This document shows, piece after piece, positions 61,131-64,000 of a stretch of 64,000 nt of DNA. The stretch lies in assembly GCA_017654855.1 (NCBI GenBank), contig CM030338.1, forward strand, positions 3,162,001 to 3,226,000, given 5' to 3'. Origin of the DNA: Podospora anserina. Taxonomy: Eukaryota. Position 1 is the stretch's first letter. The number at the start of each line of letters is the position of its first letter. The notes beneath the pieces were generated by a model. The model was not told the origin of the DNA, searched no databases, and saw only the letters and a program-made list of their open reading frames with translations. The translations under genes were made by a program, and so were the position numbers.

Positions 61131-61157
61131 TTGTTGTTGTTGTTGTTGTTGTTGTTG
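61131..61157. repeat. (TTG)9 microsatellite
   Basis: Direct read; one of several simple repeats (CA, CT, CATCC) between the convergent TUP1 and SLC1 3' ends. Confidence 0.9.
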
Positions 61158-61746
61158 TCTCTTTGTATGATACACACACACACAAGTCTCAAATGGACAT
61201 GGCCATTTCATTTCCCATTCATTCTAACCCCCAACATCAAACAAATCATACAACCAACCACCACCCACCACCCACCACCCATCCTAGATATCTATCTCCC
61301 TTCTAGATTAATTACCTAGTCACCCCCCCCCCCCACATCTACCCTTTCAAAAAACAAAAACAAAAAAAGAGATCCCCCATTTCTTTCCAAAACGCCTGTT
61401 GGTAAAATACACGCTTGCTTCGCTTTCGCTTTCCCCCCTTTCCACTTACGCTTTCCCTTTCTTGCCCCCCACTCCACCCACCCATCCATCCCATCCATCC
61501 CATCCATCCCATCCATCCATCCTCTTTCTATTAGATGGGGTATCAAAATGCCCTTTTCCCGGTCCTTTCCTTTCAAACATACACACACACACAACACATA
61601 CACCTGGCACGGCGTAGTAGTAGTATCGTCGTTCGGTTTGCTTGTCAGTCGCCTCGTTGTGCCGTTTAGACATCACAGACCCGCCCGCTTGGCATGGCAG
61701 GTTTTGTTTTTGTAATCAACCCTCTCATTTGAGGAGAGGAGGTTTT

Positions 61747-62724
61747 TTACGCAGCAACGCGCATGTCTGTCCCGCTGACCTTGACGACGCCGTTTTGTTG
61801 CTTGGCGGGGACCGTCAGAGGAACCGTCTTCCCGCGGGCCTTTTCCGTCAGGGCAATCATCTCCCTGAGCATGACCTCACGGGTTTCGCGGGCGAGTTCG
61901 TCGACGTCGGCTGTGGTGAGACCGGCTGTGGGGATGGGATCGAGGACTGTGGTTGTGTCAGCCTGTTGCGGTGAAAAATTCAAGAGGAAAATGAAACAAA
62001 ACATACCCTTGCACGGCACGCTCCCCGACTTGAAAACCATGTCCTTGAGGGAATACACATGGCTGTAGTTGGCCACAACCACTGGAACAATAGGCACCTG
62101 CGCCTGGACAGCCAAGTGGAAGGCGCCCTTCTTGAAGGGGAGCATGGTGGGCTCCTTGGTGTAGCTCCGGGTCCCCTCGGGGAACATGTACACGCTCTGC
62201 TTCCTCTTGGTGATCTGCTCGCCGGCTCCCTGCATCGCCTGTCGCGCATCCTTGGAGTTTTTGCGGTCGATGAAGACGGCGCCGCTCAGGGTCATGAACC
62301 AGCCCAAGAATGGGATCTTCTTGAGCTGAGTCTTGGCCGTGACGCTGCAGTACTGTGGGAACATGGTGCCCAGCATCAAGAGGTCGACTTCGGTCTGGTG
62401 GGGACCGATGAAAACGGCGGGACGGACGGTGCCGAGGTGGTTCTTTGGGTCTTCAATGTCAAACTTGAGGCCTGTGCCGAGCAACATGCACAGCTTGAAG
62501 CACCGCCCAACCGCCCATTGTGAGAGACCGCGCTTGCCAATCAAGGAGAGAAAGACAGCAGCGCCGAGTCCGTATGCTGAGGCGATGAGGATCGAGATGT
62601 ACATGGCCAGCGAGCGCGCCACGAAGGCGGCTTTGGAGCTGACTAGACCGAGGAGGTGGAAGAACATGATGAGGGCGGCGTAGTAGGCGAAGAAGTAGCC
62701 GGTGTATGTTATAATTGCCGCCAT
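61747..62724 (-). CDS. SLC1: 1-acyl-sn-glycerol-3-phosphate acyltransferase; intron 61947..62006
   Basis: PHQTEVD (HX4D), FIDRKN, FPEGTRS, PFKKGAFHLAVQAQVPIVPVV. Confidence 0.93.
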   Translation of the reverse strand: MAAIITYTGYFFAYYAALIMFFHLLGLVSSKAAFVARSLAMYISILIASAYGLGAAVFLSLIGKRGLSQWAVGRCFKLCMLLGTGLKFDIEDPKNHLGTVRPAVFIGPHQTEVDLLMLGTMFPQYCSVTAKTQLKKIPFLGWFMTLSGAVFIDRKNSKDARQAMQGAGEQITKRKQSVYMFPEGTRSYTKEPTMLPFKKGAFHLAVQAQVPIVPVVVANYSHVYSLKDMVFKSGSVPCKGMFCFIFLLNFSPQQADTTTVLDPIPTAGLTTADVDELARETREVMLREMIALTEKARGKTVPLTVPAKQQNGVVKVSGTDMRVAA

Positions 62725-63648
62725 AGCTGGTGTTGAGAAGGAACGACGAAGGAGGGGCGGGGTTGAGCCCGAAGGACGGCGAGGGGGAGGAGGGGACTCG
62801 GAAGGCCGACACGGGGGGATGCGCAGTCGCAAGGCTTTGAGTCGTTTTTCGGCTTGGATCCTGTGATGATGAATGGGCTTGCCGGACCGGTGCTCAAGCG
62901 GCGGGTGGCCGGAAAGTTTTTGGGGAGGACGGGGACTGGCGATGTGGCGTCTGGATGGGGATGCTACAGGGCTAGTGGATGCTGGAGAGACAGGCGATCC
63001 CAGTCCAGGTGGTGTCGTTGTGCGTCGAGGGGTTTCTAAGCCAAACGATGGACGGTTTGTTGGTGATTAAGGATATGGAATACTAAGAAACAAGCAATCA
63101 TGGGCTCCGTGGCACCAAAAAGGTCTTGGTTATTGACTTTCGTTCTTCATGGCCCGGGCCGGCACTCGAAGTTGCAGCCCAATCAAATCAAAGCCAGAAT
63201 GCACTGTGAGAGTGTGGGGTGTCCGAGGTTGAGGAATCGTTGAGGCTAAAATTTGCGGGACGTGGGGCAGGTGCCAGCAACCCTTGCAGCCCCTTGCAAC
63301 CCTTGTGACCAGAAAACTTGGCAATCGCGGGGATATCGTGACAAGACTGAGAAGTCAAGCTTCACTTAAAAAACTCGGGTCTCGCCGCATCATCTGTCGG
63401 TTAGTTGGGCACAAACAAACATCATCCAACATGTGCATGTGTTGCTGAATAGTATCTGGTGTTTCTATCCACTCCTCATCACTGAATTGCTACAAGTCTC
63501 ATCTCATGGCCACAGTGTCGTTTCACCTACCCCCCCCAAGTATCTTTTGTTGGGATCGTGCGGGGACGGGAACGGAGATACAAAAAATTGTTTAAGTTGG
63601 AGAAAAGAAAGCATGTGATAATTCCCACCATATGATCATCCAACATCG

Positions 63649-64000
63649 CTAAACCTGCGACGACACCACCGTTGCGCGTACCTGCCGTTTGATCATCTGG
63701 TCATCGCCGAAATCATGGGAAAGGGTTGTTGTCTGTGTTGACACCTCCCGGACCTTTGTGTCCCGTCTGGACAGAAGGAGGATGGATTCAACCGACTCTC
63801 GAAGTCCAGCCAGCTCATACATGAGGATAATTCGACAGATGGAAACACTAGCCATGTACCGTCCCACGATGGATAGCGCATCCTCCACGCCCACGAAGAT
63901 GGTGCTTGAAAAGATCAGGGTCCCGAAGATGATATGAAGGACGGTGGCCATGGATCCAACCCAGGCCGCGACCAAGAAGAGCTTGCTCTCTTGGAAGGTG
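63649..64000 (-). CDS. 3' end of an uncharacterised membrane protein (runs off the window)
   Basis: Open frame to the edge with hydrophobic helices (VLHIIFGTLIFSSTIFV, RYMASVSICRIILMYELAGLR). Confidence 0.65.
   Translation of the reverse strand, partial: TFQESKLFLVAAWVGSMATVLHIIFGTLIFSSTIFVGVEDALSIVGRYMASVSICRIILMYELAGLRESVESILLLSRRDTKVREVSTQTTTLSHDFGDDQMIKRQVRATVVSSQV

Overview
Gene-dense eukaryotic DNA from a filamentous ascomycete. Short GT-AG introns with CTRAC branch points, intron-containing tRNAs and the gene set point to Sordariomycetes/Sordariales, Podospora-like (inference, not a database result). About 18 apparently intact protein genes are present: a GFA/CENP-V-like protein, ERF4, an unknown membrane protein, a TM7S3/TM198-like (DUF4203) protein, a NIPA Mg2+ transporter, ADE5,7, condensin YCG1, NOP4, GPI7, a DUF2423 protein, a SIZ/PIAS SUMO ligase, TRS33, malate dehydrogenase, RPL28, a DUF2015 protein, ERG3, TUP1/rco-1 and SLC1, plus a partial gene at the right edge. 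There are three tRNAs (iMet, Gln-CTG, Leu-AAG), a full-length Tc1/impala-like DD34E transposon with one frameshift, and three islands of decayed ORFs. Best leads: (1) a cryptic intron whose donor overlaps the MDH stop codon and would change the C-terminus from PQK to a PTS1-like QKL; (2) a 276-codon Met-free in-frame extension of ERF4 that includes a 770-nt AUG-free stretch, suggesting non-AUG initiation; (3) an orphan Pol III-type unit (TATA-like element, A box, B box, T-runs) that does not fold as a tRNA. All calls come from reading motifs by eye; no searches were run.
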